DNA of 63,640 nucleotides, filler included, from Licmophora abbreviata (lineage: Eukaryota): assembly GCA_900291995.1 (NCBI GenBank). It is 31 parts of 31 records of this genome, joined end to end, with 100 filler letters (N's around TTAATTAATTAA, not from the genome) between each part and the next. Parts side by side here need not be neighbours in the genome. Positions count along the whole stretch, not along the records: positions 25,290 to 27,009 come from OLMU01005836.1; positions 27,110 to 28,285 come from OLMU01005837.1; positions 28,386 to 29,972 come from OLMU01005838.1; positions 30,073 to 31,324 come from OLMU01005839.1; positions 31,425 to 34,463 come from OLMU01005842.1; positions 34,564 to 35,747 come from OLMU01005844.1; positions 35,848 to 37,224 come from OLMU01005845.1; positions 37,325 to 39,710 come from OLMU01005846.1; 23 more parts are not named here. One strand, written 5' to 3'. Positions 25,290 to 37,795 of this stretch are shown here, one piece after another (the first letter of the stretch is position 1; every line of letters starts with the position of its first letter). The position numbers and the translations under genes are program-made. The notes under the pieces are model-generated. The model searched no databases and had not been told where the DNA came from. It saw only the letters and a program-made list of their open reading frames with translations.

Positions 25290-26489
25290 GTGCAGTGTCT
25301 GCGGTGCACGGCGTTGCGCTCGGCCCATGGGCATACTGGGGACATCTGCAACAGCAGTCTCTTTTTGAACACCTGTTGTATGTATTGTTGGATGGACTCC
25401 ACATCGACCATCGGACCCAGTCGTAGTCGTACTGTCCACAACGACGCAGATAGGTCCCGCCAATCGCCGTGCTCCACGACTGTGATTCATGCGTTCAAAA
25501 TCACTCGTGGCTTCACGCCCAGCATGTACCATGAGCGTATCGGGTGATCCGGGATGATAGTGTAAAAAGGGCGTGAGGTTGTAGATGTTCCCATGCAAGC
25601 CGACCAAACACTGCTGGGAAGTGTTGCATCCTGCCAAGACATAGTTCAAGTACGCTTGACCAAAGACGAAATAAAATGTCTTGTTCATGTTGCTTGGGAC
25701 GGATGTATTGGAGCGCGCCAACGCTTGGCGTCCAATCTCCCACTCTTGAACGAGCCATGCGTAGTCACGGCGCCAGAGGGTGCACCAGAGAATTTCGGAC
25801 GTGTCGCCGTCGTTCACCAGAGCCTTGCAGGACTGACTGACACAGGCCAAGGTGACCACGTCTTTGGGGTGAAGGTGAGACAAAACATGAATCTGTAGGT
25901 CGGAGGGAAGATGGTGTGTAAACAAGTGACGGGAAGGCGTTGAAGTAGCCCTTGTTGTAGGGGAAGAGGTAGACAGAGACAAAGAGTCATTCTCGGGGTC
26001 TTCCGCCCTTCCTCTTCTTGTCGTGTCGTCAGCTCGTGCCACAGTCAAGGGACTTCGTACAGCGCCCAGTTCTTCTTGACTGGGCTGAAAAAAGAGATAC
26101 TCCAGTAGCGACAAAGCAACGGCCAACAATGGCTCTCCCGAACAGTAACGGCCGACACCCTCCAGCAGCTCCTCTGCCTTCTCTTCGTTCCACGAGGACG
26201 GCGACGATGCATTTCTTGAAGTCGCGTGCTCCGTCGTATTTTCCTCATTCCGTTTCGGCGGACTTTCATGGGATGAAGAAGTTTCATCATCGTCGTCTTC
26301 ATTGTACACGTGATTGCAGCTCATTTCGCGACGATATACCGTCATGGCGGACAGGAGTGCCACCAGTACAATCTGAGCTCCGTACAGCTTTGAGTAGTAA
26401 CAGAGCGATACCCCCAGCTCCCATGTCGCGGATGATGTGGACGAGGACGAAGGCGATGGAAGATCAAACAGACGTAACAAACGAATCAT
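25290..26489 (-). CDS. F-box + cytochrome b5-like heme-binding domain protein (3' partial)
   Basis: LPSDLQIHVLSHLHPKDVVTLACVSQ...LW (F-box); VGLHGNIYNLTPFLHYHPGS...AGREATSDFERMNHS (cyt b5 with both His). Confidence 0.8.
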
Positions 26490-26908
26490 TGTAAAATTTG
26501 AAGGAAACAAATGAAAGGGATGAGACAGGAAGACAACAGTGGATTGCAGCGGCCCCCGTCGCCGCGCTGCTCGCCATTGTGTTCGTACCAAAAAGGACGG
26601 GGAACTCTCGCGGAAAGCTGTTCCGTGTCAGCGGTACTGGCTACATAGAAAACCTAAGGCATGAATATGAGCATTCATATGTCTTCGACTACTTCGACTA
26701 AACCTCAACTTCGTTCGCCTCTCTAGTCACTACAAGGCCTTTTTCCTTTTTCACATCATCCCTCAAATTTCATTCGTCTTTTCTCTGATGGTGTGTATGG
26801 TGGCAATCATTGCGTTGCTTCACAGTCATTATCGCCCGCCCGTGTCGTTTGCGCCTCCCAGCTCACTAGTCTGTTCGAGGAAAATAGAGCAAAGCACCAC
26901 TAAGAATC

Positions 26909-29455
26909 ATGTGCAGTCGCAGTGCCTCCAACCAACGAGAGTCAGATGAGACTGGCAGCCACGGAAAACGCTCCGTTTGGAAACTGTGGACCTTCCTCTC
27001 GCTGCTTGGNNNNNNNNNNNNNNNNNNNNNNNNNNNNNNNNNNNNNNNNNNNNTTAATTAATTAANNNNNNNNNNNNNNNNNNNNNNNNNNNNNNNNNNN
27101 NNNNNNNNNAGGCATTGCTGGAAGTCGAGGTGGAAGAGGAGGACTTGGAACAGGGCTCATCAGAGCGTACCGCGATCAAGGACGAAGACGCTCGCGGGAT
27201 CAGTGATATAACGGGAGATTCCAGCTACAAGGCGACGTGGAAGGATCTAGTGTCAATCTGCTATCCTGACTTGTATCTGATTCTATGCGCCTTTGTCTTT
27301 CTGCTCCTGGCGGCAGTAGCACAGATCTACATCCCACGATTTACCGGAAACATACTTGACTCACTGACAGCCACCTTTGGCGACAATGATGACGACGAGA
27401 CGAAAAAGTCCATTTTGTATGTCCCGGGCTTTGTCTCAAATGTGGAAAAACTCGTAGTGGCATCGATCCTCGGTGGAGTCTTCTCTGGCATCCGTGGAAG
27501 TATCTTTACGATCGTGGGAGGCCGTGTGAATGTGCGCCTCCGAGTTCAGCTGATGGACTCCTTGCTTTCACAGGACATTGGATTCTTTGACGTGACCAAG
27601 ACGGGAGATATCACCAGTCGACTCAGCAGCGACACGACGCTGGTCGGAGACCAGGTCACGCTCAATGTCAATGTCTTTTTGCGATCCCTAGTGCAGGCCA
27701 TTGGCGTGCTAATCTTCATGTTTGTTACCTCCTGGCAACTCTCGTTGTTGGCTTTTATTTCAGTCCCGGTCATTACGGTCCTGAGCAAGTGGTATGGCAA
27801 TTTTGTCCGAAGCTTGACGAAGCTTATGCAGAAAAAGCTTGCGGATGGTAACTCAGTGAGTGAAGCGGCCATCGGGTCGATGGCGACTGTGCGCGCGTTC
27901 GACGCCGGGGAGAGCGAACTGCGAGAATTCGAGACTTGCATGGAAACATACTTGTCGTTGAATATTCGCAGCGCCGTTGCCTACTGCGGCTATGCTACTT
28001 GTGTTACGGCATTGCCACAGCTTGTCACGGCACTTGTCCTGTTCTATGGCGGCTTGTTAGTTCGCAACGGTGACATGACGAGCGGAGAGCTTGTGAGCTT
28101 CCTCCTGTATCTCACTTCGCTCTCGGATGCGTTCGGCAGCATCGGGTACATCTTTTCGTCCCTGACCCGAAGCTGTTGGGGCCGCGGACAAGGTGTTTGA
28201 ACTAATGCATCGGAAACCGCAACTGACGCCTCCGGCGACAAACTTGGTGACTGACGGGGATGCCTTGCCGCCCCGTGGCATCATGNNNNNNNNNNNNNNN
28301 NNNNNNNNNNNNNNNNNNNNNNNNNNNNNTTAATTAATTAANNNNNNNNNNNNNNNNNNNNNNNNNNNNNNNNNNNNNNNNNNNNGACGGGGATGCCTTG
28401 CCGCCCCGTGGCATCATGGGAATCAATGCTACGAAGACGGCTTCACATAGATGGAGTGGCATGAAGCCTGATGAGTGTCTCGGGCAGGTGTCATTGCGGG
28501 ATGTGGGTCTATTCTATCCGGCGCGACCGCAGCGTCGCGTACTCGACGAAATGAACCTGAGCATCCCGCCTGGATCGGTGGTCGCACTTGTCGGGGCAAG
28601 TGGCGGAGGTAAATCGTCTGTAATGTCACTACTGCAGCATCTGTATGAAGCATCAGAGGGCGAGGTTCTCATTGATGGCAATAAGGTAAATGTGGATGGG
28701 TCTGTTGTCAACTTCAGGTGCGCCCTGGTACTCAATTCTTGATATTCTACACGATAAACAGGTTAATGACCTTTGTCCACAATGGTTGAGTCGCAACGTG
28801 TCGGTTGTATCACAGGAGCCTACACTGTTTGCTCGTTCTATTCGACGGAACATCATGTATGGACTGGAGGGTACCGACTTTGAGCCAACCGACGAAGAAA
28901 TACAGGAAGCTGCTCGGTTAGCTAACGCGTCATCTTTCATCGAGGTATGTGTCTTATGTGTTTTCGACTGAAGCATACATTCAACAGACTTCTACTTACC
29001 AACCGTACTTCATGCTCGCTCTGCAGAAATTACCATTTGGCTACGAGACGGATGTCGGCGAGCGCGGCGTCCAGTTGTCTGGCGGCCAGAAGCAACGGGT
29101 GGCGATCTCGAGAGCTCTGGTCCGCAGGCCGCGAATCCTGTTACTCGACGAGGCGACTTCGGCCCTCGACGCTGAAAGCGAAGCTCTCGTGCAGGAGGCT
29201 ATCGACGACATGATTGCACGAGGAAGAGGAACTGCGGACGGAACCCATCCAGGAATGACCGTAATCATTGTTGCCCATCGACTGTCGACCGTTCGCAATG
29301 CCGACATCATATTTGTTGTGCAGGACGGGAAGGTCATTGAACAGGGAAATCACGATGAGCTCGTGACTAGGCCGGACGGAGCGTATCAGTCTTTGATTGG
29401 TAGACAGATGAAGGCGCAACAGAAGCTTGAGAGTGGCGGTGCTAGTTTTGGATAG
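26909..29455 (+). CDS. ABCB half transporter (TAP/ABCB9/10-like); crosses two linkers; introns 28686-28761 and 28945-29026; frameshift near 28169
   Basis: [68 protein letters not shown]. Confidence 0.92.
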
Positions 29456-29509
29456 CTCTGTACGTACAAATAGTTTTAGTAGAAGCACGTTACGCATGTA
29501 AGAAACTAC

Positions 29510-29972
29510 TTATAGTCTCTCAAAGAAGTCGTCGTCATCAGAAGTAGGCCACGGCACGATGATCGACAAGAAGAGCATCCCAGTGAAGCAAATAATGACC
29601 GCTACCCACGCAAACCTAATGTCAACATGATCGTCGTCGGACACTCCAGTATTCGCGCCATCGCCACCATGACAACAAAAGTACATCCCACAAGGCACAC
29701 CATGAGAATCAGCAACCTCCCGAAAGATTCTCTGGTATATATCAGGGTGGACTGTTAGTGCGTAGTAAGGATCAAATGACTTGTTATAGAAAGCCTCTTC
29801 GGCAAAGTACAGAATACCGCGCTCTTTGGGATCCAAATTCGGATCTGTCACGAGTTTCACATTGTTCTCAAGCTGCGTCGGAACCATGGCAACGTCATAC
29901 TTGTCCGATGTCTTCCTTACACTGGTAAAGATGTTTTCCGCATTGGTCGCGTTCAAGGCAGCTAAAGCGGCT
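29510..29972 (-). CDS. Hypothetical protein, C-terminal part with one TM helix
   Basis: ORF open to the linker; CCHGGDGA followed by a hydrophobic helix. Confidence 0.6.
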
Positions 29973-30072
29973 NNNNNNNNNNNNNNNNNNNNNNNNNNNN
30001 NNNNNNNNNNNNNNNNTTAATTAATTAANNNNNNNNNNNNNNNNNNNNNNNNNNNNNNNNNNNNNNNNNNNN

Positions 30073-31324
30073 TCTCCCAGTTGGAAAAGAAGGACCCATG
30101 GTGCACAGCGGCAGTGTCGTGGCCACCACTATATCGTCCGGAAGAACCCGTAACGACAAGGAAAAGCGTGACTTCGTCGCGACTGGCGCTGCCGCCGGAG
30201 TCTGTACCGCCTTTTCGGCGCCCATTGGTGGTATCTTGTTTGCCCTGGAAGAAGGCGCCAGCTACTGGGGTCCCAGTTTGACTTGGCGTACCTTCTTTTG
30301 CAGCATGATTGCCTTTACGACCCTACTTGTGCTTAACACCATCGGAAGTGCCTTTGGAAAAGTAGGATTCAACAGGCTCTTCTCTTTCGGAAACTTCATC
30401 TTTGAACAGGGTGGACAGAGCAGCTATGCTGTATTTGAACTGTTTCTCTTTGTTGCCATTGGAGTCGTTGGAGGACTGATTGGGGCCATTTTCAACAACG
30501 CTAACGAGCGAATCACCCGTTGGCGGATGAAGAAGATAAATCACTCCAAGAGCCGACGCTTTCTGGAGGTCATGGCTGTATCTTGCCTGGTTTCAGTCGT
30601 ATCTTTCCTACTTCCGCTGGTGTTTGGCTCTTGCACGCCACTCCCCGACGGTCCAAACTTCTCTGATGTCGAAGAAGAGTTGCTTGATGATCTCGTGCCA
30701 TTCCTCTGTGAACCAGGAGAAGAGTACAACGAACTTGCTTCCTTGATTTTTACGGATGCTGGTGATGCAATCCGTCAGCTCTTTCACCTACGCAGACATG
30801 CCTTCAGTACCATGACGTTGATTGTGTTCTTCGCCTTCTACATCTCGCTGGCAGTCGTCGTGTACGGCATCGCTGTTCCATCGGGATTGTTCGTGCCGAG
30901 TCTCTTGTCGGGAGCTGCGTTTGGTAGACTCTTTGGAAACATGGCCCACAAGCTGTACCCAGACCTCGCCTTCAGCAACACATACGCGCTTATTGGAGCC
31001 GCGGCTGTGCTAGGTGGAATGGCACGCATGACGATCAGTCTGACCGTGATTCTTCTCGAATGTACGGGTAATGAGCAGTTTGTGCTGCCTCTCATGCTGA
31101 CGCTCATGACGGCAAGAATTGTTGGAGGGCTCTTTAACGATGATCTCTACCACATTCACATTCATCTGAAGAAAGGTGTGAACTTTCTCGAGTCAGAAAT
31201 TGGATCCAATACGAGACATCACAAGTAAGTCCCTCATGCAGATGTCATATTCAATGTGAGGAATCCTTGTGCTCATCTCACCCCGTCTCGCCTGTCGTTT
31301 CCTCTCCAGTTTACTTGCTGGACA
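30073..31324 (+). CDS. CLC chloride/proton antiporter (CLC-6/7-like), internal fragment
   Basis: GKEGPMVH (gating Glu), GAAAGV..AFSAPIGGILFALEE (proton Glu), GLFVP, RMTISLTVILLE; intron begins ~31225. Confidence 0.95.
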
Positions 31325-31555
31325 NNNNNNNNNNNNNNNNNNNNNNNNNNNNNNNNNNNNNNNNNNNNTTAATTAATTAANNNNNNNNNNNNNNNNNNNN
31401 NNNNNNNNNNNNNNNNNNNNNNNNTGTGGCGTGCATTGCCAGAGCAGGGCTCGGATACGGAGGAATAGGTCGTGTCATCCAACCGCGACGAAAAGCTGTA
31501 GACACATCATAGCCAAATATCTTTAAAAAAACCGGGCTTGCCTCATTCACGACCA

Positions 31556-33050
31556 CTACAAGCACACAAACCGAACTGGCACGTCCATGACTCTCAGCCG
31601 GAAGCGCTCCACATGACCAACGCTTTCCCCAGAATGTTGAAATGGATATCCCTTCTCCTCTTGATCGTTATTGCCAGCAGACACTTCGACCTCAAAATCG
31701 CCCCCAATAAAGTCAATACAACCGAACATATCGCTCTTGTCTCGATAAGACCCGGCAAATATCTGCGGAATGTTCAAGACTCCCACCATCGGATTGATCC
31801 GACCAAGCCGCAGGTGCATTTTGTCGGTCGTCATGCGTGCAAAAGGAAAAAGCTTGAGCCCACCGCCATAAAATGGCGACGTCCCAGCCGCCAAGATTCC
31901 CGTTGTACCCGAGTACAGCTCTTTTCCGATCGGCACGCGTCGGACACAGTCTCCACGTCGATGATCCACCCACAGTGTCTCGTTGTCTCGCGACGTGAGC
32001 TTGACTTGGATGTTGTGCTCACCTCTCAGGAGACACTTGGGTAATGTTTTGACCACCAATGCCACACAGTACCCCATCACAGAACTCAGCGTTCGAGTCA
32101 AGAACCCCGTTCGCTGGGACCACGCATTTGATTTCCTTAAAGTCATTCAGCATGAGACTATCAAAACCCACACCAGCAAAGAAACACAGGTCGCCCTTTG
32201 ACACTTGGTATTCATCATCTCTGGAATGCCGTGCTACTTGCATCATTGGCAGATCAACGATTTCAAAGTCAACAACCTTGGACGACGACGATGATGATGA
32301 CGAGTCTGGAATACGCCACACGTCTTCTTGTTCGTTCCGCGGTTTACTATACAGCTGTTCGCCCGCCTCTTCTAGGGACTGCAGTGTCGCGCGAAGCTGC
32401 CGACGTCGCCGGCGCTTTGATTCTGGAAGTAGTCTTCTCCTCTTTGCAGAAGGATGACATCCTACAACAGAGCCCACTCCATTACCGGTTCCAAGAGGAA
32501 CGTATCCCATGTACGGCAAAGCCCGCATGGCCTCGTCGAGCGACTCACTATTCGTGCTCATGATTTCCTCCGTCATGCAGTTTATCATGCCACTCAGTGT
32601 TCCATCACCACCCACAGGTATCACCAGATTGTACTGGTCACGAACAATCTTGGCTGCAGCCTGTTGGGCTTGTTCGGCGGTCGTCGTAACAAAGACATGG
32701 TCGTCTCCAAAGACGGAGCGAGCCATTTCGCCGAGGTCTTCCGTGACGGCTCTTGCATTTAAGTTCAGTACAATGGCAGTCTTTCCAAGACCTGCAGCAG
32801 CCGGACTTATCTCCTCTGGGTGTTTCTGGCTGTTGATTCGGGCGGAATTCCCGCGAATCGCATTCGCGTCTGGCATCGTATCATGCTCCGGGAGGCGGCT
32901 CCTCGTTGTCATTCCTATTTTTCCAAAGCGAGACCTCGATGTTGGTGATGACGATGGACTCGTTTTCGAACCCATTCTGACGGCTGAGAAGGCCCTTGTC
33001 CGTATGAAGCTATAAGCTAGGAGTGCAAGTATCAGAGTGTATAAGTCCAT
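31556..33050 (-). CDS. Diacylglycerol-kinase-family (YegS/DAGK_cat) lipid kinase, probably plastid-targeted; frameshift near 32126
   Basis: Signal peptide + TRA-FS leader; VGGDGT, PLGTGN, AGVGFDS, FYGGGLKLFPFA, FQHSGE. Confidence 0.85.
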
Positions 33051-33544
33051 CGTTCGTCGTCGTCTAGGGAATGCAAAAGTAAACATTGACGCGGTCCTTA
33101 GTATGCACACCATCTTGCAATGTGCTGATGTTTTGCGATGTCGACGCGGCTTTTTTCTTCGACTCACGAGCTCGATTTCACAGTAACAAACCCACATACC
33201 TCGCGTGCATGAACTTCGCGGAATCAGAACCACCAGTCGCTCTCCTCATGCGTCTCATCAGAGTTGATCACTCAACCCTACAAAGTCTTCATCAAGGTCT
33301 CTTGTGTCTGTTTAGTGATCGAATTTTGTATTCGTCCAATATCGCTTCACAGGCGCCGAAACACGTCAAGTTTTTTGGAGCGCCAAAATCATTCAAAGAA
33401 TGTCATGACGTTTTGTAAGACGGGAACCCGGACTCATTCATTTTTGGCGCCACAGAGCGAGAATGAATCGAATCGAATAATCGATCCTTAAGATTTCATC
33501 GGTCTCATTCCTTCTTTGCCGATCCCTGATAGCAGCAGTTGACC

Positions 33545-34463
33545 ATGCCCCGTCGCGACGAACGATCGGAACGAGCCTCACAAGACGTGCAGAGACAGAG
33601 AAGTCGGGATGTCTCTTCTTCGGGTGGCAAGCTATGGATCTTTCTCGCCTTTCTCGTGTTCGATGCTGTCTCATCGCTGGTCCTGTTGTCTTCCCTGATT
33701 CGGAGGTTCGTGATGATCCTAGAATAAGGCTTTTCGAGCTTTTCTCTTCAGACACATTCGTCAAACTCACCTGTGCTTCTCTCTCTCGCACCCAACAGAC
33801 TCAAGGTTCTAGAGGACATTTCTACGGATCACTACACGCTGCATGGCTCTCTGATGGATCTGGCGCTCCTATCGATACCTCGCATTCTCTCGGCGATGTT
33901 CTGCGTTCTTCTTTCCTACTTTCGAACGGATATTCCAGCTTCTGAAACGTCTCCATTTGACTTGTACCACAAGAATGGAGAACGGAAAAGCAAAGAAGAA
34001 CTCGAGACGGAGTATCTGGAAGAACCCTTCCTTCCGAAACTACGGCGATGCGTGGGTCGATATTCGTTCGTGTGTGAACTTCTTTCGTTGATTACTGGTA
34101 TTATGCTTGCAATCAAGTGTCTCGCACGATTAAATGTTGAGATTGGAGTCTTTGACGACGCAGAACCCCAGCATCCGCTGTTCTGGCTGGCGCTCGCAAC
34201 GACTGCATTCTGCAGCGCGATCGAAGTTTTCTACGTGGACACCATGGAAACTTTGGCGGGGGCCCTCGGACGCGCCCGGCGGCGGCAACTTGCGGGTGGA
34301 AGTGGAACCTGGATGGAACGCATGGGGCAGACTCTGGCACAGCCGCTGTTGATGAGCGCAGAAAAAGAGGAAGACGGAGACGAAGAAAACGGAGGCACGA
34401 ATTCCGACTCGGTACACGGAGCGACGGTGACCGACGATCGCGCTCGAAGCGACATTGCGGCAG
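33545..34463 (+). CDS. N-terminal membrane region of a probable second ABCB half transporter; intron 33706-33798; 3' partial
   Basis: KLWIFLAFL and terminal DRARSDIAA parallel KLWTFLSLL and [10 protein letters not shown] in the 26909 gene; no ABC core visible. Confidence 0.6.
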
Positions 34464-34563
34464 NNNNNNNNNNNNNNNNNNNNNNNNNNNNNNNNNNNNN
34501 NNNNNNNTTAATTAATTAANNNNNNNNNNNNNNNNNNNNNNNNNNNNNNNNNNNNNNNNNNNN

Positions 34564-35364
34564 TCTTTTTCCGTCAGTGGGGAGTCGACCGTAGTTGGAT
34601 GTAATGGCGGACCCGTCCAGTGTGATGGCTGCCTTGGGAGACGATGAGGGAGGGTTGAGCTGCTGCTGCTGTCGGTGAATTCTGTTTCGATGCACTAGTA
34701 GCAGTCTCGTTTCCAGACAGTCGACTGGCCCAGCCGTCCTTGCCCAAAAAGTGAATCGAGGGCGTTCGACCGTGTTCCATCGTCGCAGACGCAGTAGTCG
34801 ATGACATCACGGCCGCCGGACTAGCCTCAACTTTCTCCTCCTCTGCTCCCGCTTCAGAAGAAGCCACTGCTGTTGCAGTCGCTTCCGTATCCAGCTCGTA
34901 CAGCTTGGATCCCACCTCGACAGTCTCGTCGACTTCTCCAAACACATTGACAATGACGCCATCCATTTCGGCCTTGATATCGACCGTCACCTTGTCGGTT
35001 TCCACAAGCGCCACGACATCACCCTCCTTGACTGCCTGACCGACCCCGGTTGTCCACTCAACAATGGTTCCCTGAAGAAATAGAGAGTAGAGACGACAAA
35101 GAGGTGTGTCGAGTGAGAGGTGTGCTTCTGAAGCTACCAGTTGCCGTTGTAGCTAGTTAAGAAGCTAGCTTCAGTCCGTCCGGGCTATCGTTTGCAGGCG
35201 AGACTTACTTCCGTAATGGAATCTCCCATGGTAGGAACCATGATTTGGTGAGTTTCTTGTAAAACGGACGTGGCGGTAAACACGGAACGACGAAGAGCGT
35301 TGTTGGTACCGCGGAAGCGAGCCACCGATCTTTGGACGATCCGCGAGGTCACGAAGGATGCCAT
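34564..35364 (-). CDS. Mitochondrial lipoyl-domain protein with KGD4/MRPS36-like tail; intron 35072-35208; 3' partial
   Basis: Arg-rich presequence; VPTMGDSITEGTIVEW...VETDKVTVDI (lipoyl-Lys); then RTPSIHFLGK and, after indel correction, YGRLPLTEKE. Confidence 0.8.
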
Positions 35365-35847
35365 TCTTGTCAGATTTGCTTTTCTATGAAACGGATTCAA
35401 GGACGTTTCAGAGGTCGAACGTGCGAAATCAGAGTAAAGAATATAGAAGCGATGAAGGCTGCAAATACCTCGACAAGCCGATGGATCACGGGGACATGAG
35501 ACACTAGGATGTTCCGGCAGCAGATGGATCTTCGCGTCCAGTGGCTATGATCGCGCCGCGATGAGCTGATTACCACGGTGGCACTAGTACTCGTAGCCAT
35601 CTTGCGGGCGGCGGACGGACGCATATTCCTGAAGTCCGAAACGACAAAATGTCATGACACGCTCAATGTTGTCACTGCGACATGTGGGCGGATCGATTTG
35701 GAACGCTGACGAGACGCGAGTTCGGCGCAAGAAGAAAAGAAAAGGATNNNNNNNNNNNNNNNNNNNNNNNNNNNNNNNNNNNNNNNNNNNNTTAATTAAT
35801 TAANNNNNNNNNNNNNNNNNNNNNNNNNNNNNNNNNNNNNNNNNNNN

Positions 35848-36760
35848 TGTACTATTTTTTCCAGAAACCTTGCCGCCCGAGACGGCCGCCGAGGCAGCAC
35901 GGTGTCGGGCCCAAGCTCGAGCTCAGTATGCGTCTACCAGAGACAAGATCCTGTGGAACGTTCTGAGGCCCATACGAGAACTTAGTATTCTAAATCGCAA
36001 CCGGCTGTTTCGACTGTTGTCGGCGCTGGCTTTTTTCAGTGGCATGGTGTCAAGCGCTGATCAGACACTCTTGATTTACTATGTCGAAGAGCGTCTGGAG
36101 TTTAACGATCACGACGTGGCAATCATGTTCTTTCTGATTGGTGCGCTTGGTATAGTGGTTCAGGGCATACTGATCAAACCCTTCAATGATTGCTTGGGAG
36201 AGCGACTGGTGGTGGTCTTTGCGTTCTTCCTCGGTGCCGTGAACAACCTCATGTACGGAATCGCACGGGACAAGGCAACTATATTCATTGCCGTGTGCAT
36301 TTCAAGCTTTAACGGCATGAGTTTTCCGACGATTTCAGCAATCAAATCCAACAATGTGGTATGTATGGAATATTTGAAACTTGACTAGTACACCTGCGAC
36401 TCTAACTTTTTATTGGACTTTTGTTGCCGTCCTTGACTGATTCAATCAAAGAATGAGACCGAGCAAGGTCGAATTCAAGGAGCGCTGTACTCTCTGTCTG
36501 CCCTCGCATCGGGAGTCGGCCCAATGGCGTTACGTGCCGTCTACCGACACACCAAGGACAATCCGTTTCCAGGGCCCGGCACAATGTTCATCTTTGCGTC
36601 GTTTCTGTACTTGATCGCGACAGGCTGTGCCTGCGCGCTCCCCAAGGAGCATGCAAATTCGAGATCCTCGAAGCAAGACGACGAGCAGGACGCTAGTACT
36701 CCCATCCTGGACGAAGACAATGCCGACTTTGGAGAGTCTTATGGAACATCGCTGCTGTAG
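35848..36760 (+). CDS. MFS transporter (TetA/MFSD14-like), C-terminal half; intron 36359-36451
   Basis: YYVEERLEFN, LGERLVV, FPTISAIKSNNV|NETEQGRIQGALYSLSALASGVGP. Confidence 0.85.
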
Positions 36761-37324
36761 GCAGAACTAGTAGACTACTTCAGAACTTTAAACTTACGTC
36801 GTAGAAGTTAGGCCGTTGGTGGAACATGGAGCGACGAACGCCATGCAAAACCGCGCAGGACAGATCCAGGACGTTCTTCGAAAGACGAGGATAAGGAGCT
36901 CGAGAGCTCGCAAGAGCCATAAATAACAACTTCAACAAACTTACGAAGACGGAAAATCCCCCACGCTTGCATAAGGATGTCAGATAATCTCCAGTGTTAA
37001 GTTCTCTGAGGCGAGCGCTGGAGATACTCCGCTTCCAGCATGCAGACTCGCTCGACAACACCAAATCCTAAAGACTCGCGGATAAACCGCACCCCTTGAC
37101 CATGAGGTTGCGACGGGAAGATGGAAACGTCCCCCCGGCAGGGCGGGATCAAGATGTCCAGACACCGGCAGTCATCGAGGCATGGGAACATGAGATCGAA
37201 AATGGGGCGTTGATGAAGCACATCNNNNNNNNNNNNNNNNNNNNNNNNNNNNNNNNNNNNNNNNNNNNTTAATTAATTAANNNNNNNNNNNNNNNNNNNN
37301 NNNNNNNNNNNNNNNNNNNNNNNN

Positions 37325-37695
37325 GCGGGATTTTGGACCCTCTCGGATCACATCAGCAACACCTGCTCCCGAACTTATCCCCTGTCGCGAGTTTGGCAAA
37401 TGACCATGCTTTCGCATCACACTTAGCTCGACTACAGCAGGTGCAGCGGCGTCAGCAGGTTCTCGCACAATCATCTCAACAAATACAGCCTACCATATCT
37501 GTCGCTGCGGCCGCTCTCGCTGGACTGCGGGGTCAGTCCGCTGCTATGAGGGTACCCCAGTCTACCCTCGGGTCTATGTCACTGCAGATGCCACGAGGAA
37601 CGTTATATGCCAACGCACGTTCCCTTGAGGATCTGCAGCTATACCTTGGCCAATCCACTAGTTTCCCAGGATACTTTAATGGCGGAATGGCATAA
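37325..37695 (+). CDS. Hypothetical Gln/Ala/Ser-rich C-terminal fragment
   Basis: Open frame from the linker to a stop; low-complexity Q-rich content. Confidence 0.45.
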
Positions 37696-37795
37696 TATCG
37701 TACATAGGAAAATATATTGACGACAACTGAGAGTGAGATGCTATGACACTTACTTCCTATTCCCAAGTATTCATAAAAACTTGTTTCACCATGCT

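Noticed and set aside
34564..35364. Full dihydrolipoamide succinyltransferase (DLST)
   Set aside because: No acyltransferase motifs follow the linker region; KGD4-like motifs appear instead.
36780..37224. Short minus-strand ORFs after the MFS gene
   Set aside because: No recognisable motif and no way to choose a frame.
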